In this document: piece after piece, positions 25,563 through 39,005 of the stretch | How positions within the stretch are numbered: position 1 is the stretch's first letter | Layout: each line of letters begins with the position of its first letter | Source of the DNA: Tubiluchus corallicola | Taxonomy: Eukaryota > Animalia > Priapulida | Direction: 5' to 3' | Assembly (NCBI GenBank): GCA_030141605.1 | Contig: JAQGDQ010000261.1 | Span: 253,411 to 317,410 of the forward strand | DNA length: 64,000 nucleotides | Translations under genes and position numbers: made by a program | Notes under the pieces: model-generated | What the model saw: the letters and a program-made list of their open reading frames with translations, nothing else | Told to the model about the DNA's origin: nothing | The model's database searches: none

Positions 25563-27329
25563 ATCTGGTCTGCATCAACAAACTGAACATTCAAATTATC
25601 CATAAACTGCTTGTTTTTTTAGTTACTAGTAAAATTACAAATAAACAATTAAACTTACAGGTTCCATTGTTGTCCACCAAGACGTTATAGAGGTTTATTG
25701 TTTTTTGTCCAAGCAACACGTTAGATCGGATCTGTTTGTAATCATAAACTTTGAAATCTATACACGAATACGGTGTTACTAACCTAAAAAGTAAACAAAG
25801 AATCAATGACGTTCTAATTGTAATGGAAATTAAATACAAAACTAATACGAATAACATTTTACAGAAAATCTACAAGTAAACATTCGACTAAATAAACAAA
25901 TTGTACCCATGGCCAGCACTTTTCATTGTTAAACTTATGCTACAGTGGGAAGTATTGGCTATCAATCCATAACTAACATAAATTACCGGTTAGTCAGCCT
26001 TGCTGTGGTTGTAATAAACTACTTACATACCTTAAGCTAGCCCTAGTCTAAAAAGGTTTCCACAGATACTTTTTCACGAAAGATTTCTTCTCTTGCCAGC
26101 TCATGCTTCTGACCCGTTTAAAAGTTTAAAACTTACAGGTTTATACGTCAATTAGTAAGAAAATAATTAATAAAATGTCAGATTAATAAAGCTTTGGTGT
26201 GTTTTACGGAACAAAAACTGTTGAATTTCTATCACAGACATACGCGGAAACCTTTGATCGAAAAATAAGCAGCAAAGTAAAACTGACACCGCAATAAACA
26301 AAACAAAAAATCTGCGAAATGTTCAGTCATATTATTCACGTATCACAGTTTTAACTTATAAGTATAACTTTATACATGGAATTGCAGAAGCCATTTTAAA
26401 CAGCAATGTTAACCCTTTTTTTATTAATATTAAAAAGAGGATTCAAATCAAATTATGCCTGTGGAGATAAGTAGGTTGAGCATTGTCTGCCAGAAAGCAA
26501 ATTAGAATCGAATTGAATTCAAATCGAACCGAACTTCAGTATTTTGAATTTAAATTCATATTGAAACATTTGCGGACAAGTTTTCGAACCACTAGTAAAA
26601 ATTAGTCTTTTACAAAGATCATGCATATTACTTAATTTTTGTCTGCACTAAAAACACTAATAATTTGTTTAAAAGTTTTGCGCAGAAATCACAGCTAAAT
26701 TATGCTAATTGCACGACGTTTCAAACGTTTTAATGATAAAGAATGTATGTGATTGAAGTGCTGAATTATTCGAATGTATAGTTTTAGGTTTCAATCAAAT
26801 TCGATCGTTTGATACTCACCCCTAGAGATGAGTTGTTTGAATTAGCAGTTAATACTCTTAAATCATCAATAAATAACACGCATAATAAACGAATTATTAA
26901 GTTAACATGCATAATAAACAAATATAGAAATTATCACTTACACAGTAAAGTTATCGTTCCAGGTCGGAGACCAAGATTTTTTGGATACTTCTGTTTTGTG
27001 TGGGACTTGTTTATCAACGCTGAGTTCCGTAAACAAACTTGGTTTAAAAAATGAACCTCCACTTGGAATTTTACAAGCATCCACTGTAAGTAGAAAAAAA
27101 TCCACATGGTATTACGGGTACACCAAAACATACATACAATTACTATGTAAGCATAGCAGAAACTATAAATAATAACGATAACGATAATAATAATGATTAT
27201 GATGATATTAATAATAATAATAGTAATCTTTATTTAATGTCGACTTGTACTAATATACGAACTATTAACAAAATCTCCAAAGAGCTTTTTGGCAAACTAT
27301 AATCAACAACCTACAACTACATAACAGAG

Positions 27330-27484
27330 ACTATTATTACCCCACTTTTACCCTAAATACCACACGTCAGGCCGGGCAACAGCAGATACCGTTTTTTAAA
27401 ATCTTTGGTGTGACCCAGTCACTGTATCGAACTCAAGAACTCCCAGATGGAAAGCGGACGCGTTATCACTAGACTAAACTGGAG
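27330..27484 (-). mobile_element. tRNA-derived SINE, 5' portion
   Basis: Minus strand shows an A-box-like TAGTCTAGTGATAA and a B-box-like GAGTTCGATAC, then a GGTCACACCAAAGATTTTAAAAAACGG body typical of invertebrate SINEs. No complete cloverleaf. Confidence 0.6.
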
Positions 27485-28071
27485 TGTTGATCATGATTTT
27501 TATATTTCTATCCAAAATTGTCTAAGCCGATCAGAAAAAAATTGTATTTTTAGCTTTTGGCCACTACTGCTTCTGCTTTGTGATTGACCCCTGTAGATGA
27601 AATCATTATGGTTGATTATGTGTCTTAGTTCAAAGGCCACTGGAAGCAAACTGCATGTGGGCCGAACTCCATTGTAGATTCATTGTAAAATGCCTTTTCA
27701 CGGTTCCAACGATTGATGATGACCGTAAAAAGGTCAACGGTTAAGTTGATCTTAAAAAAATTTAAAAAGTTTTAAAAATTACTAGGCATATCTCTTTCAT
27801 ATACACATACCTGTGACACTCAACTGAAAGAACTGCTTGGCTGCTTCAGCATTTGACATACTTTCTTATGTAAACTCACGAAGTCTGAAATCACACAAAA
27901 AACAAGGTAAGTTTTCAACAATTCGTGTTTCCATTGATTTACATTGAACTTCTCTGCACCTGAATGTCTTAGCATTCTATCAAATCGGCAAAATGTTTAC
28001 CAGCAAATATTAAAAAAATATTGGTATACATTATATTAGGTGGTGCAAAAAAAATACACCACAGTTTAGAC

Positions 28072-28791
28072 TATAGTAAACTACATATAACTTGACCCGT
28101 TATAACTCAAATTCTTGCGTCAACTCGAACAGATCTTGCGGAACGGAATTTCGCTCTTTACAAACATCGTGCAACTCAAAATTTGGAAGTCGAATTATCG
28201 CATAACTCAAATTGAATTCCCGGTACAATTTACAAGAATCTAACTGAAATTACCTCGCTTATCTTGAACAACCTTCCAAGCGAGAAATTCTACACGAAAG
28301 GGTGCTCCACATTACGATTTTAACTGCTAGTTTCAGCAAAAATGCTAAGATTTCTTGCATTACCTTAGCAGAATGGTTATAATTTTGGTTGCATATATTT
28401 TGGTTATAATTTTATATTTGTACATGTATATATTCCGTACTGTTGTACTGACGTGAAAATAAATTACATTATATTACAATGATGCACACAACATGGCTTA
28501 ACAAACATGGTTTAATGCAGATCATGAGATTATTACTGCAGAATTCTATCAACCATGCTACAATAGATGTGGACCAGTCATATTATTTTTGGTTATTTAT
28601 AAAAATTGTTGTTTGATATTTGATTAAAGATTCAGTTTGTCATTTTCACAGGCTGTAGTGTTACTAGTGTATAGTCCGATGTCGATGAGTGACTCAATCT
28701 TGTTTTCTTATGAACTTGTCCAACTTGTGCCCTCGTATAATTCGAACAAATTTTCTGGTCCAGAGATGCTCGAGTTATACCACGTTCACTT
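28072..28791. mobile_element. Degenerate Tc1/mariner-pogo-like MITE
   Basis: TATAGTAAAC..ATAAC at the left end and GTTATAC..GTTCACTTA at the right end, with repeated (A)ACTCGAA-like subterminal motifs at both ends. Confidence 0.45.
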
Positions 28792-29712
28792 AAAATTTGA
28801 TTCAATGAATACTGATGATTATGATATGTGAGCTGAAATTCCAGATATAGGCTGGTAAGAGGAAAATGAGCTTTACAGTGTATTCAAATTAGTGAATTTT
28901 CTTGCCGAGTTAAGTTGCTAAGTAACTCGCAACATGCTCAAATACAGTCACAGAGTTTGCAATTCCTTGTTGGTTGTAACTCGTAAACCAGTTCACACTT
29001 GCGAGTTTGCAGCCAGAGAGAAAACTCGTGACAAAAACTTAACTAGTCTGAATGCGCCTTTACTCTAGTACAAGACAAACGAGGTAATATATTCATCTAA
29101 AACTCACTTCTTGAATTAAGAAGCTGAGCACGCGTTATTAATTTACATTTTATTCATGATAATTCATGCAGCATTTAGAATCATGAATCATTTCTTATTA
29201 AAGCCGAACATTTAACGAGCGCCATCTACAACATAAATAAAAAAGTTTTTTTTCATAAACTTCACGATAATTGCTGTAAACTGTGAACACATGTTTCTAA
29301 TGTTCTACTGACTCTGTGTGCAACATAAATGATTAAAGTCAAAAGAAAAAGCACTAGCCAGCTTATGAAGTAAATACTATGGAATGTGATCACATAACCT
29401 ACAACTGTGCACTGTCATTCATACGCGTACAGGAGGAAGTCTGATGGGGGGGGGGGGTAATTTCTAATTTGCGGTAGCCCATATCATTTCCAAATAAGTG
29501 CAAACAACCGGGTAAATGTATGTACAGGATATTGACTGATTAAAGTATCTAAAAAGCAAAACATTTATAGGCCAACTCAAGGGCAGATTTAAATAAAGAG
29601 AGATACTAGGCTAGTCAACTTTTGAGGCCCACTTGCAACCCCCGTGCATCGCCAAGATAAAAGCGTTTTTTAAGCAAAATTCAAGCTGAGGTTAGTGATC
29701 CCGTGTTTAACG

Positions 29713-30226
29713 CAGGGATGAGAATTTTCCGCGCCTATGCGGAATTCCGAGTTTCTGGAAGACCAGTAGTGCCGTTTTTCTAAATCGCAAAAATTCGTTG
29801 AGAAAATTTTTACGGACCCAGTACATTATTTCGCAAGCTGACCGCTAGTTGGCAGGCCATCACTTTCTTTACATCACGTACATCAGTGTAACCACATGTA
29901 TATCTCTATGTATAAAAATATAGAATCAATTGTGCGGAGTTATTTGAGTCAATTGCAGACAGTTTTTATATACTTTTGCATAGGAACAGCCAGTACCTAG
30001 GCATTTTTGAGACAATTAGGTATCATGTGTCCTTGATAGTTGGGTATTTTAAATCATGCATGAAACAAGGTAATTGATACTTTAAGTCTACTTAGAGGCT
30101 CTCTAATCTATTGTCACAAAATTGCAATTTGTTGCTTCACCTCCTTGAACCCCCATGGGGGCTTGTGCGGTCCCCAAACCCCCGGCCTGTTTCAGAGTGT
30201 TTTGCAATTTGTCATTCTCATCCCTG
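29713..30226 (+). mobile_element. hAT-type MITE (family B), complete
   Basis: TIRs CAGGGATGAGAAT / ATTCTCATCCCTG and a perfect 8-bp TSD GTTTAACG (29705-29712 and 30227-30234). Second copy at 58598-59117. Confidence 0.92.
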
Positions 30227-30856
30227 GTTTAACGACGTAACACAATTTACAATTGTTTCTACTAATTCGAATTCCTATTTCAAGTGATAAAGCAGCATTG
30301 TTAAATGTTGTCTTGAATATTAAGGCGTGTAAATTTTATGTTAAAATAAAGACAGTGTGTCCTCTCTGTGAAATGGACCTAAGATTACACAATTTTACTA
30401 AGACATTACTGACATGTTACTCTGTTTTGCCTCTATTATATGCTATAAAGCAGCATAGCTATGTAAATGCTGAAGTTAGAGTAACGAGCCTTCCAATAAT
30501 AAAAAAATTCTACATTTATCTAACTTTTCAAAATGTTTGGAAGTGGAATACAGAAAATGAAAAGTAAAAAATGGTGTGGCGACAACAAGCAGCAAAAAAA
30601 TTCGGCAGTGAAGCATTTGAAACCAGGCAGGCGCTACGATTGTGAAGGCGATGAAGCTAGTGAAACAGATTTAAATGTGAAAAAGAGGAGTTAGGGTTGG
30701 AAAAATTTTGCGATGAAAAGGCTGAGGGAGAATCCAGATAATAGCTGAAATTACGAAAATGTGACTGTGCCTGACGACATACAACTTGCATCATGAATTC
30801 AATCAACACAAGCTGTACACAGGTACTTGACTACACTAAATTAGCATCGTGAGTCA

Positions 30857-30998
30857 TTATACTTTATTGTAAAATTGTACGAGAAAACTTCAATTTTGGG
30901 GGTGTTGTGAGGATCAAGAGAAAAGGGTTTGACCATCAAGGAGGGGGCTTATGAAAGTACTTTTGCTACGGGCGTCAAACTACCTACAGCCCACCCTG
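30857..30998 (+). mobile_element. Right-end fragment of the hAT MITE family also present at 22250-22374
   Basis: AAAACTTCAATTTTGGG...TTTGCTACGGGCGTCAAACTACCTACAGCCCACCCTG aligns with AAAATTCAATTTTGGG...TTTGCCTAGGGCGTCAAACTATCTAGAGCTGGCTTTG. Confidence 0.65.
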
Positions 30999-33900
30999 CG
31001 TTCTAAAGATGTACAACCCAGTTTGCAAAAATACGAGATTCTCTGAGCTTCGGTAGACCTATTCGTCACTAACTTTAGACCACTGATCAAGATTTGTAGG
31101 TCAATGTTCTTTATGATATCTATTCCCATTTCAGAAGTTTATGTATCAAGCTAGAAGCATAATCCCAGAAAATGTCACAAGTAGACAAATGTGTGCTCTT
31201 GGTAAAACATTTCAGAACACGATCAACACAGATCAATAGGTAATAAAAAGTTGCAGTTCAAAATGTATTAATGATGCATATAATAGTACAAGGTCTCTTT
31301 CGTGGATTTAGATCCAACTGAATATTTATTAGATTAGGCTAGAAATCCCATTACCCAAAACCAAGAGAAGGTGCAAACACACAAGATAATGCAATGTCTT
31401 GGGCAAGGCAGACGTCACAGGAACATAGTATCATGTACAAATATGAAAGCATTTACTAAGCATAAACTCATAGCACCATGTCAAAATAAATTAAAGCCGA
31501 AGTATTTAGCTTAGGACTGCAAACGTACGTAGATTACGCTAATACATGTAGCATTGGTTTGAAGGCGTTCGTAACCTACTTAACCTTTCGTGCATTATAG
31601 GACGATACGGCGAAATGCAAACAACCTATTTTTATCTGTCACAAAAAATATACAATAACTTAAACCAGTCGTTTACTTACGTTAACAAATTTAAGAGGAA
31701 AGCTGAAAATTCTAGGTTAAAAACATTGGTACGAAGGTGAGCTGACTAATTCTTCGCTGGTTTATCTCAAGAACGAGTGCGCATGCGTACGAAGGAATTC
31801 CGCATCCGGTAACAACGGTCTCCTGATACCATGATATTAACTTCTTTAGTAAAAACGATTCCTGTACATTTCATTGACACTTTTATTGTTGCAAGAGGTC
31901 CGCCCAAAATTTCATATAGTTTATTCTAACTTTGTAATAACCATGTGAAACTTTAGTTATTATCTTGTTAACACCATTTCAACGGCTTTGTCATTTCGAG
32001 ACAAAAGAGTAAATTTGATAAATTATATCCAAAATAGGAAAGCTAATAGCTGCGAAAATATTGGTTAATAATTAGATATTTATTATATTTGATATTATAT
32101 TTAAAATATTAACAACCTTAAGTCAACAGAAATTTCTGCATTTTCACTATGTTTAACTGCACAAGCAACACGAACTAAACGTAACTACACAAAAGACACT
32201 AGTAATGTTATTGATTTTAAACAGCCTTGCCAAATAATACAGAGTTAGTAAGGATGTCGCTTTTGGAAAATACTAGAATTTCACAAAACGTTAGAAGCTG
32301 GGAGAATTAATGGCTCAAATCTAGACTTAGTCAATCAGCAAAATTTTAAAAATTTAAAACTGTACAAAAAATAAAATTATGATCTAAGTTCTATCAGCGA
32401 AAGTATAATCATTACTCTGGCAGCTAACTGTCAAAATTCAAATTTGCGTCTTTGTGATTTTAGTAGAAAGTCAAAGTTCATATTGTGACAATTCGAGCTC
32501 TCATACAAGAAATTTAAAGCAATAATAATAATTATTAAAACCTATCTGAAAGCGTCTTCACTCTAGGTCTAATGTCATGCAACGAAAGATATCATGACAG
32601 CATGAATATTCCAATACCACTAAATTGCACCCTCTTCCTTTTAATACATAACTTGATTAAAACTGCTTGTCTTCTTAGAGCCAGGCGATACTAAATGAAA
32701 CTGAAGGAAACAGAGCGGAACAGAAGAAAACACAACAGAACCAAAAAAGGAATGAGATTAGAGAAGGACAGTGCCAACTAAAATCATATAATGCAGCAGA
32801 ACAGTTTATTAATGTTGTTTTTAACTAATATTTGAATGCATCTGTACAGTATACGTTAATTACCTCACAAATTTCAACTCATAAAATTCATTAGCATAAT
32901 CAACGTATTCAATAGAAATGCATGTGCAAAAATTGTGCATGTACACTAATAATTATCTCGCATTATTTCTAAACGTGAGTGTGTATCAAGTCCTCTGTTT
33001 AAAATTCCTTACAACCCCCACCCTAGTGATTTAAACGTCTTGGTCCAATTTGCAGCGTATCTAAAACGTCCATTGCGTTTAAAGGAAGAACAAACCCTCG
33101 AACAACATTTATTGCATTTTAAAATACAATGAGAAATACTGAAATCACCACACAATATATGCGCATAGAATGCTTTGCTTAAAAATGTAAAAGAACTTTA
33201 AATGCTTCTCATCTCCCACCAAACGAACGTTGATGCAGGCATATTTAAAAAAAATGACGTAAGCTGGTGTCTGCTGGGCAGCGTGAATGCTGTGAAAGCA
33301 AGCTGTGTGAAGGTACGTATTGAGAAATTTCTACAGTTCACTCAGAAGTTCAGTTATTCATGCGTTGTATTTAACTGTGTTTGATCAATTGTGACCAAGA
33401 TTAAGATGGTTACATAGCTTTAACCCGCAGGATTATGCCGCAAAATGTGTAAATAGTATACACTGATTGCTTAAATGTAGTTAACTTACATTCTTTTGTT
33501 TGACTTTCAGATACACATGTAAACTTGCGAGCATACAGTAGGCACCGAGTGGGAGTTTATAGAGTTCGCTCTATAAGTAAAAAAAGATTGCTGAAGCACT
33601 TAGCAGAATAATTGTTTATGTTTTTCACCAAAATGAGCACGCCCAAGTGTGAAGTGATCGCGATTTTAAATTAAAATTATTAATTATACGACGCGATTAT
33701 CACAATTTCTTAGCTGAAACTTTCTAACATTTTTCTGAAATATTAGAATAAGCTCAACTTCCCGAAAGACTTGGCTTTTGCTTTAAGCTTCATTAATATC
33801 CAACCTCCAGGCCTTGTGTCAAAATGCCACGTTGGGCCCAAATGTGCTTGTATTCAAAAGTCTTATGCCTAACATTCTCGAGTCTAAACATGCTGAATAA

Positions 33901-34939
33901 CTGCCTATGTATCTCCTCATTTCATCTGGTAATTATTGCTGCTGCTGCTGCTGGTGGTGGTGGTGGTGGTGGTGGTGCTCCTAGTCTATTGCAGAGCTCA
34001 ACATTGCTATTGTTGCAGTAAATATGGCGGTATAGATAGAGACATAAACTGACAACCAGGTACGCATACGGGTAGACAGACAGACATCATGTCAGGGAGT
34101 CCTGCTAAACGACTAAATGTCCATCGTCCAAATGATTTATGTCCAAATGTCTGAAGGCCAAGTGTCATTACACAAGTGACCGTTGCGAAATTAACGCAGC
34201 ACCGCACCATTCAAAATATGTCTTGTAAGACCTATGACTTTTCTGCTACTGTATGAGCACAGACATAACTAGATGATTATACATTAGATACTTTTCTATG
34301 CAGGAGAATATTGGCTATCCAATCATGCTATTTGTTTAAACATTTATAAGTGATTTGATTGGATAAAGTTAATGAAAAACACGCCCGTTTCAGGCTCCCT
34401 AACCTAGCTTATTGAGTAGCTTAGTCTGGTGTACACTTGCGTGATCGTACACACTTTTGTGTGAATGTTCATTGTGTGAGCCGTAGAAACTCACAAAAAT
34501 GATCAAAATATTTATTATAACGTAATCGCTGCTTAGTGAGCGCAGTTTTTCATGAACTCGTGCAAAATGCACCAATTTTTTACGGTCTTGAAGGAGTTAA
34601 AACAAATTTTGTAAGCTAGAGAAATGAGTTGCACTTTTTCTTTTTTTGGTCATTTGCAATCAGTGTTACTTGTACATTTGTCTCTATGACTGTGGAAGTT
34701 GGAATTGTGCATTGTAATTAGGTGCTGCCATCTATGTGCTAATCCTGTTACATTCTACCAGCTGACTTACCTTAAGTATAATTGTATGGTCCAGTGACTA
34801 CATACACAATGGTCCTCCCCCTACCTAAAATTAATGGTTGTTGTGAAGCCTGCGCAACTCTGCATAGGTCAAGTTCTATACCTGTATACTGACTGTGAAA
34901 CAGGTTTTACTGACTGTTTTTGTTTTCTAGTTTTTGCTA

Positions 34940-35184
34940 CAGAGCCGGCCTTAAGCGTAGGCAAACTAGGCAACCGCCTAGGGCCTCACCCTCACTCACT
35001 CACTCACTCACTCACTCACTCTCTCACTCACTCACTCACTCACTCACTCACTCACTCACTCACTCACTCACTCACTCAATTCTCTCTTTTTTTGCTGTTT
35101 CTCTGACATCTCTGTGTCTGTTTCTCTTCTGTCTCTGTCTATCTCTCTCTCTCCATCTCTCCCTTTTTCTCTCTTTCTCTCCCT

Positions 35185-35224
<40 letters not shown>

Positions 35225-35380
35225 TCCCTTTCTCTCTCTCTCTCTCTCTCGCCGCACGCCTTTTTTGAGAATTTTGTGCGTAATTTTATTTTTTTCGTAT
35301 TTATTCTTTATTTTTCTATTTCATTTGGGGCCACTAAATTCACTTCGCCTAGGGCCTCCAATTACCCAAGGCCGGCCCTG
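34940..35380. mobile_element. hAT-type MITE filled with (CACT)n and (CT)n microsatellites
   Basis: TIRs CAGAGCCGGCCTT / AAGGCCGGCCCTG and subterminal CGCCTAGGGCC at both ends. TSD is not clean. Confidence 0.75.
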
Positions 35381-36972
35381 CTTGCTCAATGTTCAGTGCA
35401 GCAGTTTGCTACTCATGTTTTCTGTAGATTAATAAACACTTTTCTGTTGTGTGCAGTGCAAATATTTATTATAGATTTTTGGTTCCTATTCATACTTCTG
35501 TGTCTAAACTCAATCATAACAAAGTGACTGAACAACAACTTCAAAAATGACTTTCACAATGACTTTGCAAGCTCATCGGCAGCTTATAGGCCACAATAAA
35601 AAAAACAAAGACTTTTTATTAGTTATTTTAATCAACAGACAGAATAATGGCATAATCAATGGTAGAATCGTACAATGATTTTATAAACTCAATAATGAAA
35701 TGCTTTGCTTAATAGCTTTACCTCTTATCTCATACAGTTGTTTGTTTTTTGTTTCTTGATAACAAATCCTTATTACAAACACACCAATTAAAAAAACAAC
35801 ATTTTGAAAGTTCAGCAGTCAACAGAACAAGTTTAAATTATCCAAAAATAATAATTTTGCGATCATTAATTTTAATAATAATAATAATAGTCCCGTTCTC
35901 ACAGTTTTGATGTTACAATCGAACCACAACTCTCCATTATGAATCGCTAGGACACTGCTGAAGTCTTACAGACTTACACAGCTTTTAGAATTTTGTACAA
36001 ATATATATGGCCTGCGTACTTACTATCCAGGCCTTTTAAATTATTTTCGAACAGGGCCAATAGGCCTACGTCGTGCGTGCGTGCGTGCACGCTGTGTGTA
36101 CGCATGCATATTAAGCATACAAGCGCACGCATACGTCACAAACATGCACACACACAAGAAGTTAGTCGCTTACAAATACTGCAATGTATCATAGGCCAAT
36201 GAGTTAAATAGCAGGGTTATAATTAATGGGGGTACATAGTTAGTATGAATAGCAAATAACATGCATTAATTGCAATAGAAAGGGAACGAGTCTTTTTATA
36301 AAAAAGTTTCAAGAGCGCGTAGAATCCTTAGATAGTAAAAGTGTGACGTGCAAGTGTAAAAAATTAATATATAATTATAAAAAAGTGAATGACGTAACAT
36401 CTAAAGTAATTTCAAAGATTATAAAATACATAGTTTACAATAAAATTGATTTTATAGACAAAATATGCACAAGATAGTAACAATTCATCAAGCCTCTCTT
36501 TCAATATAGCTAAACTAAGATGATACGAAATCATCGTGCCTGTGACGTCATGTCATTCCTGTAAAACGCTATCTATACACAGTAATGCTTACTTTTGTAA
36601 TAGACCAAATAAAACGCTTTGTGTATTTGTCCACTAGGGGGCTAAGGGTCACATTGCTAAAATTTGCACGCATTACAAATTGATACCAAAATGGAACAAA
36701 ACGCACGTAGCAAAACACACAATAAACAAAATACCATAAAAAGTGCTGCTAACTTTTAATGATATAATTATTCACTAAAGATTATTTTTTCACTATATAG
36801 ATCGAAAAATGCGACAATAGAATGATGTAGATGTCGCTCGTTTTCAAAGGGGAAAGTAGTCTAGCTGCAACCATGTGCCCATAGCGAGCAGTCGGTCAGC
36901 CAGTAGGTTCACAACAAATCTGCATTTAACAGGTAAAAGCGAAACACAGGGGAAGTCAACAAGCAGCAGAAA

Positions 36973-37378
36973 TAAGGCTCTTCACAGTTTCGTTGTGCGC
37001 ATGCGCAGTTCTTGCAGGTGAAGGGTTAAGTGTACCACAGCAACGCTTCTTAACCACAACTGTCATGTGACATGTGGGTAAAGCATACCTGCCTGCCACG
37101 TCATTTCAGTAATTTCAGTTGTTTTACATGGACTTTACTTAATTTCTTGATTGTGTATTAGTGTGTGGATAAACAGATTTACTAGCAGGATCTTGCTTGG
37201 GAACAAGAAAAATGAACTAGGTGAGGTTCTAGCTAGCTGTTAAGACATGTCAAAACTGTTACTGTTCCAACAGCATGGGCTGTAAGACATTATCAAGTGT
37301 ACAAAAATGCGTTGTCTGATACACTTGACCATTGACCTCACGTTCATCATCAATCTTTGGAACTGTGAAAAGGCTTAC
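36973..37378 (-). mobile_element. MITE family A, inverted copy
   Basis: TAAGGCTCTTCACAGTTTC ... GAACTGTGAAAAGGCTTA; body is the reverse complement of the 58082-58589 body. Confidence 0.8.
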
Positions 37379-37947
37379 TGGGTAGAAAAGTCTAGATGCA
37401 CACGTAAATGTCAAACAAAACCTATACATGCCACAGCAATCATACAACACAGTGATAGATAATTAATTAAGGTGACATTTTATCTGATGCTTGCAGATAG
37501 TTCGTTTCAAGTAAAGACAAAAGACAACAAAAAACTAAGTGCCAAGCAAGCTTTCACATTTTTTATTTTTCAGCAGCATAATTGATAAGCTAAACAATTT
37601 GAAAGTGTACTAAATCTATACAATGCTGCGGTCTCCTGAACAAAGAAATTAAGATATTTCTTGCAATTGCTGACAACAGCTACAACAACTAAACAAGTTG
37701 GGCTAACAGAAGTTTGTTACAAGACGAAAGTCGACAAAGTAGTCGTAGGAAGAACGAACTAGGTACAGAAGATGCTAACACATGCACAAGGAATGACATG
37801 ACTGAATGCACAAATTGGCAAATTGCGCGCGCGCTTTCCTGACTAATTCGCAACACCGTTCTCTATCGTCCGTCGAATAAGTTAGTAGCGATAAAATGTA
37901 AAAAAACTTAATAATTTATTTGGCCTCAGCCATCGTGTGACCTGTAT

Positions 37948-38034
37948 TTAAGTGACTAGCTCATAAAATAAGTAACCAATTGCAGCGTTAATGCTAAGAA
38001 GAAGCATCGCCAAACGGTGACGGTAAAACCAGTT
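37948..38034 (-). CDS. jph: Junctophilin terminal exon encoding the C-terminal ER/SR transmembrane anchor
   Basis: Acceptor ttgttttttctttcag| (phase 0), then NWFYRHRLAMLLLSINAAIGYLFYELVT-stop (TAA at 37950-37948). Hydrophobic tail anchor with a central Asn, as in junctophilin tails (cf. vertebrate LLNIGLAILF). Absent from the ORF track. Confidence 0.88.
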   Translation of the reverse strand, partial: NWFYRHRLAMLLLSINAAIGYLFYELVT

Positions 38035-39005
38035 CTGAAAGAAAAAACAACATCGCATTTAATTACACTGAATTCACATTTACCATGAAACCTGCAATTA
38101 GCGTCAAAGCATCAATTGCATGGAGCATTTCTTAGCTAATTAATTAAACGTAGTGCGTTCTAAACACACCACCATTTTTGCTAAGGAATAGCTGGGTCTA
38201 AGTACCGTGTCTCAGTGTTTTCATTTGAACAGGAGTTTCTCAACTTAAGTACATTAATTTTGATGTGGGTCTACCTGCAAAATCAAAATTAAAGCACTGA
38301 AGTCCGGAAATTCCTGTTGAAAATAAAGCGATACCGAGATTTGGTATTTCAAATATTAGCTTGTTCTAAACTAAAGAACCCGCTGTTACTGCTGTTATTA
38401 GTTTTCAAAGGCAACAGAAATGAGCATAAAATTAATGATTTTTAACAATTATGTATAGATTATGCAATGTAAGCAAAAGGTCCACCTTTGAGATCGCAGC
38501 CGCAGTACAACCTTTCATCATTTTCCATCTTTATCGAAATTTTATTAATTTTTGGTTTGTAACATCATTATAATTGTTTAAGGGAAAGGTCAATCTTCTA
38601 GGAAGTTAAGTTTATTTTAATGTTTGCAAAAAATGTTAGAAGGATATAGTAATAAAACTGTTTAAATTTTGAATTAGTTTAAGCAGTGCGCGTTTACGGA
38701 AAGCCATGACGCGCTTACGAAAATTCACGAAGTCTCGATGATTTTCAACTGAATGGCGGCAACCACCACACCTTAAAATTTCTATTCAGATATAGTATAT
38801 TTTAATACATGCTTTATAGACAATTGTTTGCAAATTTATTTATTATTATATTTTTTTAAGTTTAGGTGATAATAGTAAAATAAACCAACATGTTAAGTGC
38901 TTTATTCTTTCCTTTAAATTTCCTAGCCCTTATTAATAATTCTGAACTATGAAAGGTTACATTTTAGTAATGGCTTCTGAAAGGTATCAGAATACCTATG
39001 CTTAC

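Noticed and set aside
27400-27484. Possible tRNA gene
   Set aside because: The A and B boxes are degenerate, there is no acceptor stem or terminator, and the sequence continues into a SINE-like body.
34834-35527. Leu/Ser- and Arg/Glu-rich ORFs
   Set aside because: (CACT)n and (CT)n microsatellites inside a MITE.
38964-39005. ORF end VSIGILIPFRSHY-stop as the protein C-terminus
   Set aside because: It lies beyond a strong AGG|GTAAGC donor and is probably intron read-through.
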